From an uncultured delta proteobacterium (GTDB lineage Bacteria > Myxococcota > UBA727 > VGSZ01): a stretch of DNA of 64,000 nt. Under the pieces are notes generated by a model that saw only the letters and a list, made by a program, of their open reading frames with translations, ran no database searches and was not told the DNA's origin. Below are positions 47,815 to 56,244 of the stretch, one piece after another. Numbering within the stretch: position 1 is the stretch's first letter; each line of letters starts with the position of its first letter. Both the position numbers and the translations under genes were made by a program. The stretch is from positions 448,001 to 512,000 of the forward strand of contig CAVZJB010000004.1 of the NCBI GenBank assembly GCA_963775425.1, in the 5' to 3' direction.

Positions 47815-50103
47815 CTAAGCGATGACGTGGAGGATGCGCGCCGCCGCGCGTGCGGGCTCGCTGGTGCCCGCCTGCGACAGCGGGATGCGGTCCTCGAAGA
47901 GCGCGAGCATCTCGATGAGCGCCGGGTCGTCGAGGCGATCGATGAGCTCGCGCGCGCGGCCGAAGAGCTCGGCGGCCACCGACGGGACGCCGCGCTTCTT
48001 GGCGAGCGCCGCGAGGCGCGCGAGCGTCACCGCTTCACCGCGCGGGTCGCCGACCTGCCGGTGCAGCGCGCGCGCGCGCTCCCACAGCGTCCGCGCCTCG
48101 TCGACCTCGCCGCACGCGACGTCGAGGTCGCCGAGCGACGTGAGCGCGATGGCCTCGAAGCGGCGGTTGTGCAGCTCCTTGTGGATGGCGAGGCCGCGCT
48201 TGATGTGGGAGCGCGCGTCTTCGAGCTGGCCGAGCTCGAGGAGGCAGTGGCCGAGCTGCGCCTCGTTGATCCCCTCCCAGCGGCGATCGCCGACGTCGCG
48301 TTGCACGAGGAGGGCCTCCTGGAAGCGGCGCACGGCCGCGGGCAGGTCGCCCTTGCGCGAGTCGAGCAGCCCGCAATAGCCGAGCGCGCGCCCGTAGACC
48401 TTGCGCTCACCGACCTCGTCGAGGAGCCGCAGCGCGCCCTTGTATTCGACGTCGGCGAGGTCGAGCCTGCCGATGTGCAGGTGGTGCGTGCCGATGTTGG
48501 CGAGCGCGCGGGCCTCGAGGAGCTTGTCCTTGGCGCGGCGCGCGCAGCTCAGCGCGGACTCGAGATCGGCGAGGCTGCCGCTCAGCTCGTGGCGCGCCCG
48601 TCGCGCGCGCCCGCGAGCCTCGTACGCGCGCGCGCGCAACGCGTAACCGACGCCGACGATATCGGCGGGCTCGAGGGCGCGATCGAGCAGATCGAGGAAC
48701 AGCTCGTGCGGCCCGCGTGTGGTGAGCACGGGCTCGAGCGCGAGCGCGCCGCGCAGGGCGGTGGTGATGGACGCGAGGTTCTGCGGGTCGGACGCGAGGG
48801 CGCGGCGAACGGCGGCGACGAGGTTGTCGGTCTCGAGCTCGAGCTTGCGACGAAGCGTGAGGCCGCCGTGGCCGTCGACGCCCTCCGCCCACTTGCTGCA
48901 CACCGAGAGGTAGTGCGCGGCGTGCCGGTTGGCGAGCGCCTCGCGGGCGACGTCGTGGCCGAGGCGCGCGTCGATGAGCTCGCGCACCACCGACGGCATA
49001 TCGAGCCGCTTCTCGTCCTCCGGCACGTCGTCACCGCGAAAGCGCGCGGGCAGGTCCTGCACGCGCAACAACGCCTTTTCGAGCAGCGACTCGAGCGCCG
49101 CGTCCACGGACGGCGCCTCGGAAAACGGGGACAGGTCGACGACGGCGACGGCGGCGGCGGCGTCGAAGCCGCCACGAAACACGGCCGCCTGCGCCAGCGC
49201 GCTCTGCTCCCACGGCGGCAGCAGATCGAGCGACCACGCCACCGCGCCCGCGAGCGCCGCGCGCTGCGACGCCGACCCGTTGCCGCCGACCAGGAGGCCC
49301 ACCCGGCGCGGCAGGCGCTCGAGCAGCTCGGACGCCGACAGAGCCCGCAGGCGCGCCGCGGCGATCTCGATGGCGAGCGGTACGCCGTCGAGCTGGCGCA
49401 CGATCTGCGCGATGGCGTGCAGCTCCGCGGGCGTGGGCAAGAACCCGCGCTTGGCCTCCGCGGCGCGCTCGACGAAGAGCGCCACCGCCTCCGCCGCGGC
49501 GATGGAGCGCGCGTCCTGCTGGGAGTGCTTGGCGAGCTTCAGCGGCCCGACCTTGACCACCCGCTCGTCGAAGTCGCCGCCGTCCTGGCTGCGGATCGGG
49601 GCGGGGGGCAACGACCGCGACACGTCGGCCACGACGGGGAACAGCGGCTCGCGGGCGGTGACGAGGACGCGCAGCTCCGGCGCCGCGGCGAGCACGGCGC
49701 TGAGCGAGGCGGCGAGGGCGGCGCCGGCGCCGTCGATGACGGCGAGCGTGGGGCCGGCCTCGTTGAAGGCGCCGGCGGCACGAGCGAGCTCGTTGGCCTC
49801 GCCGGCGCCGGGCTCTGGCAGGAGGCCGAGCACGAGGAGCAGCTCGCGCACGAGGCCGGCTCCGCTCGTGATCTCGACGGCGTCGACGAACCACACGCCG
49901 CCGCGCGACCCGAAGCGCGGCAGCTCCATGGCGGCGGCGCGCAGCGCCAGGCGTGTCTTGCCGATGCCCTCGGGCCCGACGAGCGACACGAGGCGCGCGC
50001 CGCCGTCCACCTGGCGCGCGATCTCATCGAGGAGCTTCAGCCGCCCGACGAACGAGCCACGCTCGACGGGGAGGTTGGTCCTGGGCGCGGCGCGGCGCGG
50101 CAC
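47815..50103 (-). CDS. STAND (NB-ARC-like) ATPase with TPR array and no effector domain
   Basis: TNLP...SFVGR, GPEGIGKTRLA, AVALFVERA, LDGVPLAIEIAAAR, WSLDLL, VFRGGF; TPRs. Confidence 0.87.
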   Translation of the reverse strand: MPRRAAPRTNLPVERGSFVGRLKLLDEIARQVDGGARLVSLVGPEGIGKTRLALRAAAMELPRFGSRGGVWFVDAVEITSGAGLVRELLLVLGLLPEPGAGEANELARAAGAFNEAGPTLAVIDGAGAALAASLSAVLAAAPELRVLVTAREPLFPVVADVSRSLPPAPIRSQDGGDFDERVVKVGPLKLAKHSQQDARSIAAAEAVALFVERAAEAKRGFLPTPAELHAIAQIVRQLDGVPLAIEIAAARLRALSASELLERLPRRVGLLVGGNGSASQRAALAGAVAWSLDLLPPWEQSALAQAAVFRGGFDAAAAVAVVDLSPFSEAPSVDAALESLLEKALLRVQDLPARFRGDDVPEDEKRLDMPSVVRELIDARLGHDVAREALANRHAAHYLSVCSKWAEGVDGHGGLTLRRKLELETDNLVAAVRRALASDPQNLASITTALRGALALEPVLTTRGPHELFLDLLDRALEPADIVGVGYALRARAYEARGRARRARHELSGSLADLESALSCARRAKDKLLEARALANIGTHHLHIGRLDLADVEYKGALRLLDEVGERKVYGRALGYCGLLDSRKGDLPAAVRRFQEALLVQRDVGDRRWEGINEAQLGHCLLELGQLEDARSHIKRGLAIHKELHNRRFEAIALTSLGDLDVACGEVDEARTLWERARALHRQVGDPRGEAVTLARLAALAKKRGVPSVAAELFGRARELIDRLDDPALIEMLALFEDRIPLSQAGTSEPARAAARILHVIA

Positions 50104-50112
50104 ATCCCCACG

Positions 50113-50514
50113 TTAGCTACGTCGGCGCGGAACGGAAATGCCGCGCGGGGCAGGAAAGCGATGCCGGACGGCCTCGAAGTCCACGACGCGGCCGCCGTCG
50201 TCGAAGCGGATGCCCTCCCGCTCGAGGAGGAAACGCTGGCGGTCCGCCCGGGCGAGATCGCCCTTGAAGGAGATGCGTCCCTGGGCGTTGATGACCCTCT
50301 GCCAGGGGACGCTGTCGTCGTCGAGCGCGGCGAGCGCGAAGCCCACCTGGCGTGCCACCCGGCGCGAGCCGAGGGCGCCTGCGACGTCGCCGTACGTCGT
50401 CACTTTGCCCTTGGGGACCTTCTTGACGGCCGTGTACACGCGCTTGCGGAAGCCGGGCGCGACCACCCGCGGCTCGCCGGTGACCGTCGTCTTCGTCGCC
50501 TTCTCCTTGGCCAT
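50113..50514 (-). CDS. Alkyltransferase-like (ATL/YbaZ-type) O6-alkylguanine-binding protein
   Basis: VPKGKVTTYGDVA, RQVG, PWQRV (Trp in place of the catalytic Cys). Confidence 0.88.
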   Translation of the reverse strand: MAKEKATKTTVTGEPRVVAPGFRKRVYTAVKKVPKGKVTTYGDVAGALGSRRVARQVGFALAALDDDSVPWQRVINAQGRISFKGDLARADRQRFLLEREGIRFDDGGRVVDFEAVRHRFPAPRGISVPRRRS

Positions 50515-50566
50515 CGCCCGCACGCTACCTCCTCCGCGCGGGCCGGCCGCAACCACGGGCGGCCGA

Positions 50567-50596
50567 TTGACGCACGCCGGGGCGGTCGGCGACAGT
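50567..50596 (+). promoter_or_regulatory. Putative sigma70 promoter TTGACG-N18-GACAGT
   Basis: 8 nt upstream of GTG 50605. Confidence 0.4.
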
Positions 50597-50604
50597 CAGC
50601 GCAG

Positions 50605-51276
50605 GTGGAGCACGCGACCAAGACCCGGCGACGCGGTCGGCGGACGCAGGAGGAGCGCACAGCGACGATGCGCGCCCGCCTGCTGCAGGCCACCGCCGAT
50701 TGCCTCGTGGAGCTCGGCTACGCCGGCACCACCACCACCGCCGTCGTCGAGAAGGCGGGCGTCTCCCGCGGCGCGATCCTCCACCACTTCCCCACCAAGG
50801 CCGACCTCGTCGCCACCGCCGTGGAGTACGTCCTCGAGCAGCGCCTCAAGGAGTTCCACGCGCGCTTCGTCAGCCTGCCCAAGGACGAGGGCCTCTTCGA
50901 CTCCGTCATCGCCGCGCTCTGGGGGGAGATCGACGGCCCGACGTACTACGCATGGCTCGAGCTCATCGTGGCCTCGCGCACCGATCCGGAGCTGAAGAAG
51001 AAGGTGACCGTGATCGCCAACCACTGGGTCGAGAACGTCGACGCCACCTTCCGCTCCATCTTCGCCCTGCCCCGGACGCCGGACAAACACCCGCTCGCGC
51101 TCGCCCCCATCGTCACGTTCACCATCATGGAAGGCCTGGTGATCGAGAAGCTCGCCCGCAGCGACGACCCGACGCTCGAGAAGCGCGTCCTGCGCGCGCT
51201 CAAGACCATCGCGCCGTTGGCGACGCTGACGTACCTGCCCACCATGCCCGGCAGCGACGACGATCGCTCGGCCTGA
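50605..51276 (+). CDS. TetR family transcriptional regulator
   Basis: RTQEER...RLLQAT..CLVELGYAGTTT..V..AGVSRGAILHHFPTK. Confidence 0.92.
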   Translation: MEHATKTRRRGRRTQEERTATMRARLLQATADCLVELGYAGTTTTAVVEKAGVSRGAILHHFPTKADLVATAVEYVLEQRLKEFHARFVSLPKDEGLFDSVIAALWGEIDGPTYYAWLELIVASRTDPELKKKVTVIANHWVENVDATFRSIFALPRTPDKHPLALAPIVTFTIMEGLVIEKLARSDDPTLEKRVLRALKTIAPLATLTYLPTMPGSDDDRSA

Positions 51277-51286
51277 GCCAACGCGT

Positions 51287-51940
51287 TCAGTGGGCGGCGG
51301 GGGCGTGGCGCGTCGGCAACGGCGGCTTGTTCTCCGAGTACTTGGGGTCCGTGGCGCGCACGCGCACGGCCTCGAAGATGCCGCCGATCACCATGGTGGT
51401 TCCCCACAGCGCGACCGTGTCGGGGACGACGCCGGCGGGGTCGGCGAAGACGCGGTACATCGCGCGCGTCCGCGTCCCTCCGTTCATCGGCTCGAAGCGC
51501 CACTCCCCCTCGGTGTCGCGCACGCGCACCACGCCCAGGCGCTCGGGCGGCCCCTCTTGATCGGCGTCGGCCCAGTGCACGACGTACACGACGGAGCCGT
51601 CGGGGCGCACGAAGCTCTCGTCGGTCATGCGGATGGTGTAGTCGCGGTCGCTGATGATCGGCGCCGATGTGCGGTTGTAGACGATGACGCCGCGGGCGTC
51701 GCGCTTCAGGACGCGCGCCTCCTTGAGGTACGGCATGCGGCCCGTGGTGGCGCCGCAGTCGTCGATGGCGTTCTTCACCACCCACGGCGGCGCGTCGATG
51801 ACGCCGACGCCGAGCACCTCGCTCTTGGGCCCGCCGTGGTGCTGCCGCGTATAGACGATGACCCCGCTGTTGCGTCCTGCCTCTTTCCAGCCGTCCGTCA
51901 CCGGGCTGCAGGCGAGCCAGACCACGAGGCCGAGGAGCAC
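51287..51940 (-). CDS. START/SRPBCC lipid-binding domain protein
   Basis: W....GV.VY.R, APIISDRDY, GEWRFEP, DPAG.VP. Confidence 0.75.
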   Translation of the reverse strand: MLLGLVVWLACSPVTDGWKEAGRNSGVIVYTRQHHGGPKSEVLGVGVIDAPPWVVKNAIDDCGATTGRMPYLKEARVLKRDARGVIVYNRTSAPIISDRDYTIRMTDESFVRPDGSVVYVVHWADADQEGPPERLGVVRVRDTEGEWRFEPMNGGTRTRAMYRVFADPAGVVPDTVALWGTTMVIGGIFEAVRVRATDPKYSENKPPLPTRHAPAAH

Positions 51941-51941
51941 A

Positions 51942-52871
51942 TCAATACCGCTTCACCTGGGGATCGACCTCGACGGCCCACGCGTCGATGCCACCCGCGA
52001 GGTTGTAGACAGTGCGGAACCCGATCTGCAGGAACATCTCGGCCGCGCGCCGGGAGCGGCCGCCGTGGTGGCAGTGGAAGTACAGCGGCGTCTCCTTGGG
52101 CAGGCCCTCGATGTACGCCCGCGCGGCGTCGTCGAAGAGCCGGGCGGCCTCGATGGACGCAATGGCGCGCTCGCCCTCGTTGCGCACGTCGAACAGCTCG
52201 ATGGCGCCCTCTTCCAGGCGTTGTTTGAGCTCGCGCGGGCCGATGTCCTTCACGCGCGGGGGCTCGTTGGGGTTCTGGATGCGAAACGCGATGCCCGAGC
52301 CCTGCGGCACGGCGTCGATGACCACGCCGTGGGCGCGCCGCGCGCTCTGGCGATCGACCACGACGCTGAGCCCCTCGGTCTCGATGACGACGTCGCCGTC
52401 CTCCTTGGGGGAGAAGCCGAGCTGGTGCTCGAAGCGCGAGGAGACGGCGAAGCGCAAAAACCGGTTGTCCTCGTCCTCGCCCTCGCGCGCCTCCTTGAGC
52501 GCCGCCGCCGCCGCCGGCGTGACGGTGACGACGACCTCGAGGGGGGTGCGCGGGCGACCGAGCTTCTCGTGGAGCTCGCCGCTGCCGTACATCTCCTTGG
52601 CGATGTCGGCGCCGCCGACGAATTCACCCTTGATGTAGAGCTGCGGGATGGTCGGCCAGTCGGAGTAGACCTTGATGGCCTCACGGACGTCCGGATCCGA
52701 CAGCACGTCGACGGTGAAGTAGCTCGGCACCACGTCGTCCAGGATCTCGACGACGGCCGCGGAGAAGCCGCATCGCGGAGCGTCGCGTGTGCCCTTCATG
52801 AAGAGCACGACGTCGTCGGTGGCGATGAGCGAACGAAGCTTCTCTCTCAGCTCGGCAGGCAACTCGGACAT
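51942..52871 (-). CDS. grxD: Monothiol glutaredoxin (Grx4) - HesB-like - rhodanese fusion
   Basis: LFMKGT..PRCGFS, WPTIPQLYIKGEF.GGADI; middle HesB-like segment; DVR..E, CHHGGRS, LAGGIDAW. Confidence 0.88.
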   Translation of the reverse strand: MSELPAELREKLRSLIATDDVVLFMKGTRDAPRCGFSAAVVEILDDVVPSYFTVDVLSDPDVREAIKVYSDWPTIPQLYIKGEFVGGADIAKEMYGSGELHEKLGRPRTPLEVVVTVTPAAAAALKEAREGEDEDNRFLRFAVSSRFEHQLGFSPKEDGDVVIETEGLSVVVDRQSARRAHGVVIDAVPQGSGIAFRIQNPNEPPRVKDIGPRELKQRLEEGAIELFDVRNEGERAIASIEAARLFDDAARAYIEGLPKETPLYFHCHHGGRSRRAAEMFLQIGFRTVYNLAGGIDAWAVEVDPQVKRY

Positions 52872-52931
52872 GAATGCATCCTCGCGATCGAAACAAGTGA
52901 GGTGGAACCGCATCCGGTTTACCATTGCTGT

Positions 52932-55194
52932 GTGGCCATGCAGCTACCGCCTTTGAGCAAAGAAGGGGCGGTGACGTTCTCGTCGCCGGCGGCGCTGTCC
53001 GAACACTGGGAGACGTACGTGTCCAAGGGTGCGCTGCCCGTGCGCCCCGAGCGGGAGCTCGATCCGCTCGAGCAGCTCGAGGTGTTCGTGATCTGCCCGG
53101 GCCTGTCGACGCCTTTGCCGCTGCGCGTCGAGGTCGTCCAACTGCAACCCGAGCGCGCGCTCCTGCGCCTGCTCGACCCGCCGCCGCAGCAGCCGACCCT
53201 GCGGTCCGCGCCGCCGCCTGCAGAGCCGGCGCCGGAGCCCGAGCGACCGCCGGAGCCCGACGCGAGCGCGCCGCTCGTCATCGATCCCACGGTTGCGTTC
53301 TCGAGCGAGAAGGTCATCGAGCCCGACCCGCCGCCGTCCCCGAACCCGGGCTGGGCGCTCGTCGAGCCCGCGCCCGAGCCGGCGAGCGACCGTGCGCCCC
53401 ACAACGCGGCGCGCACCCAGGATCTCCTCGCGGCGATGCCGGCGCCGGACCTCGCGGAGCCCGCGCCCGTCGAGGCCCCCCGTCCGGCGCCGCCCCCCGC
53501 GCCGCCGCCCCCAGGGCCGGCGCTCGAGCCGATCGCCCTCGTCGAGGTCACCGGCGAGCGGGAGCGCACGCGGCTCGCGCCCTCCGCCCTCGAGCCGGTC
53601 GCCGCCGCGCCCGAGCAACGCGGCAGCCCCGAGGGGGCCGGGCCCGAGCCCGCGGACGCGAAGCCCGCGGACGACAAGCCCGGGGACGACAAGCCCGGGG
53701 ACGCTGGGGGGCCTGTGAGCCCGCCGCCGCAGGCGATGCCGCCGCTGTTCCTCGGCGACGCGCTGCGCTTTCACAGCGAGGCCGACCTGCGCGCCGCGCT
53801 GAAGGACATCGAGACCCTCGGCGCCGTCCTCGCCGTCGCCGACGGCGCGCTGCCGCCTTCCGTCGTCGAGGTCGCCATCGGCCTCGGCGAGCGGGCCAGC
53901 CGCGCGAAGGTGAAGGTGACGCTCGCCGCGGCCAGCCCGGGCACGGCCGTGGTGCAAGCGACGTCGAAGGCGGACTTCAAGGCCGCGATAGACGAGCTCC
54001 TGGCGTCGAGCACGCAGGCCATCCCCAACACGGTCCTCGTCGACCAGCAGCCCGGCGCCTCGCCCCGGCGCGGGTTCTCGTTGCCGCGCGAAGGCCCGCT
54101 GCAAAACCCGATGAGCCCCGAGGGCATCCTCGCGCTGCCGATGGCGCGCGCGCCGATGGACGCCGATTCTGTCGCCGCCGTCGGTGCCGCTCATGCTGCG
54201 CTGGCTGCGCACCATGCGCGGCGCGCTGCGCCTCGAGGTCAGGACCGAGGACCGCCCCGTGTTCAGCGCCGTGTTCGTCGACGGCCGCGAGATCCGTACG
54301 CCCGCGAGCATGGCGACCCTCGGCAAGGCGTTGGCCGTCCCCAAGGCGAGCTACCGCATCATCGACCTCGGCCGTGCGCCGACGATGTCCCACTCGGGAC
54401 GGACGCTGCACCTCATCGGCGAGGTCATCCGCGCCATCGTCAGCCAATGTGCCGTGGAGGAGCTCGCGCGCGCGTTCCCCAACCAGCCCGACAAGTGTCC
54501 GCGCGCCATCCCCGAGGTCGTCGCCGGCCTCGGCTTCCCCTCCCAACACCAGCGCTTCGTGAAGACCGACCTCGACGGCAACCAGTACCTCGACGAGGTG
54601 ACGCGCGCCGCCGTCGGCTCCCGCACGGTGTGGGAGGTGCTCTACCTGCTCACGCTCTACAACGGCATCTCCTGGGACGAGCCCGCGGAGTCGAAGAAGT
54701 CGCGGACCGGCCCCCTCGCCGCCCCACAGAAGGAGCGCACGGGATCGTTCGCGCAGCGCACGGGGACGTTCACGCCCCCCGACGTCGACCTCGACTGGGC
54801 GCCGTTCGACGGCAAAGACCACTTCCAGGTGCTGGGGCTTCACTGGTCCTCGAGCCCCAACGAGGTGGCCCCCGCGTTCCAGAAGTTGCGCAGCGAGTAC
54901 GGCGCCGGCGGCATCAAGCGCCCGTCCGACCCCGCCGTCGCCGACCGCATCTCCCGGCGGCTCGAGGAGGCCTATCGCGTCCTCAACGACGCCAACCAGC
55001 GGCGGGCCTATCGCCGGGAGAAGTACAACCTCGTGTGGTCGCACCAGGCGCAGCTGCTCGTGCAGAAGGCCAAGCTCGCGCTCTACAGGAAGGACGTGCA
55101 GGAGGCGATGAACGCGCTCCTCACCGCCGAGGACATCGCGCCCTCGGACGAGGCCAAGGCCATCCTGTCGTCCATCAAGCAGAAGCTCGGATAG
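52932..55194 (+). pseudogene. Frameshifted gene: PilZ-like (TIGR02266-like) N-terminus, Pro-rich linker, C-terminal J-like domain
   Basis: Frame from GTG 52932/ATG 52938 switches at 54167-54168 (gattctg; deleting one T gives D-L-S-P-P-S-V-P-L-M-L) into ORF 54184-55194. May be a sequencing error. Confidence 0.7.
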
Positions 55195-55200
55195 ACGCCG

Positions 55201-56244
55201 TCAGGACGCCCAGAGCGCCGCGAGGTCGTCCAGCAGGTCCTTGGACTGCGTCTCCGAGATCTCGAACAGCCAGTCGCCGCTTTTCACCAGGTGTCCGGTG
55301 CCGTCGACGCGCTCGAGGATCTCGACCTTCTGCTGCGGGCGGCCCGCGACGTCGACGTCGAAGGTGGCGACGGCGGAGCCGGCGGACCTGGCGTCGGCGA
55401 CCTTGGTAGCGCGCAGGTTCCTGAGCGTGGTCATGAGCTTGCCGCCGGGCTCGCTCGGGTCGGCCTTGTCCTTCTCGTAGAACTTGCGCTTGGCGCTCTG
55501 CTCGCGATCCTTCTGCACGAAGGCCGCCGTCTTGTCGCCGAAGCGCACGCTGTAGCCCTCGATCTCGTCGATGTCGGCCGTGACCACGCGCCGCTCCATG
55601 AGCGTCTCGGGCGAGCCCTCGAAGCCGGTGACGGCCGCGGGCTCGAGCAGGTGAACGACGCTGTCGCCCTTCACGCGCGCGTAGCGGCCCTGCCCGCCGT
55701 AGGCGGACTCGCCGACGTCGAGGGTGACGGACTTGCCCGACTTCGTGGTGACGGTGATGGAGCGCTCGGGCTTGTCGAGGCCCATGGCCTTCAAGCGTGC
55801 GGCGTCCTCCTCGCCGAGCGTGCGCCGCGTCTTCAGCGGCTCGAAGGTCTCGAGCGAGCGGATGACGCCGTGGCCGCCGGGGAACTTCACCTCTTCGCGC
55901 GCGGGCGGCGCCTCCTGCGCGGTGCCGGCGTCGGCGCTCTCGGTGGCGGGGCCGGCGTCGGCGGCGGCGGGCTTGTTGGCCGGCTTCTTCTCGGGCTTCT
56001 TTTCGACCTCGCGCGAGAGGTCGACGACCACGGTGCGCGCGTTGTCCGCGCCCTTGCTCTCCACCGTGGAGCTGCCCTTGGGCCAGGTGTAGACGACCTT
56101 GACGACGTCACCCTTCTTGGCGTCGAGCAGCACCGTGGACGTGGGGCCGCCCTTCTTCTCCTCGACGCGGTGACCCTGCACCCACGCGAACGCGAGCGCC
56201 GCCACGAGGAATACGGCGTGACCGATCAGCGCGCGCGGGCTCAT
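55201..56244 (-). CDS. DUF4340-like membrane-anchored protein
   Basis: N-terminal TM, L..MGLDKP, L.VG...YAR; last gene of the ABC operon. Confidence 0.7.
   Translation of the reverse strand: MSPRALIGHAVFLVAALAFAWVQGHRVEEKKGGPTSTVLLDAKKGDVVKVVYTWPKGSSTVESKGADNARTVVVDLSREVEKKPEKKPANKPAAADAGPATESADAGTAQEAPPAREEVKFPGGHGVIRSLETFEPLKTRRTLGEEDAARLKAMGLDKPERSITVTTKSGKSVTLDVGESAYGGQGRYARVKGDSVVHLLEPAAVTGFEGSPETLMERRVVTADIDEIEGYSVRFGDKTAAFVQKDREQSAKRKFYEKDKADPSEPGGKLMTTLRNLRATKVADARSAGSAVATFDVDVAGRPQQKVEILERVDGTGHLVKSGDWLFEISETQSKDLLDDLAALWAS

Noticed and set aside
50113-50514. Active O6-methylguanine methyltransferase (ogt/ada)
   Set aside because: PCHR is replaced by PWQR, so there is no acceptor Cys
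54160-54185. Programmed ribosomal frameshift
   Set aside because: No slippery heptamer or homopolymer run at the junction
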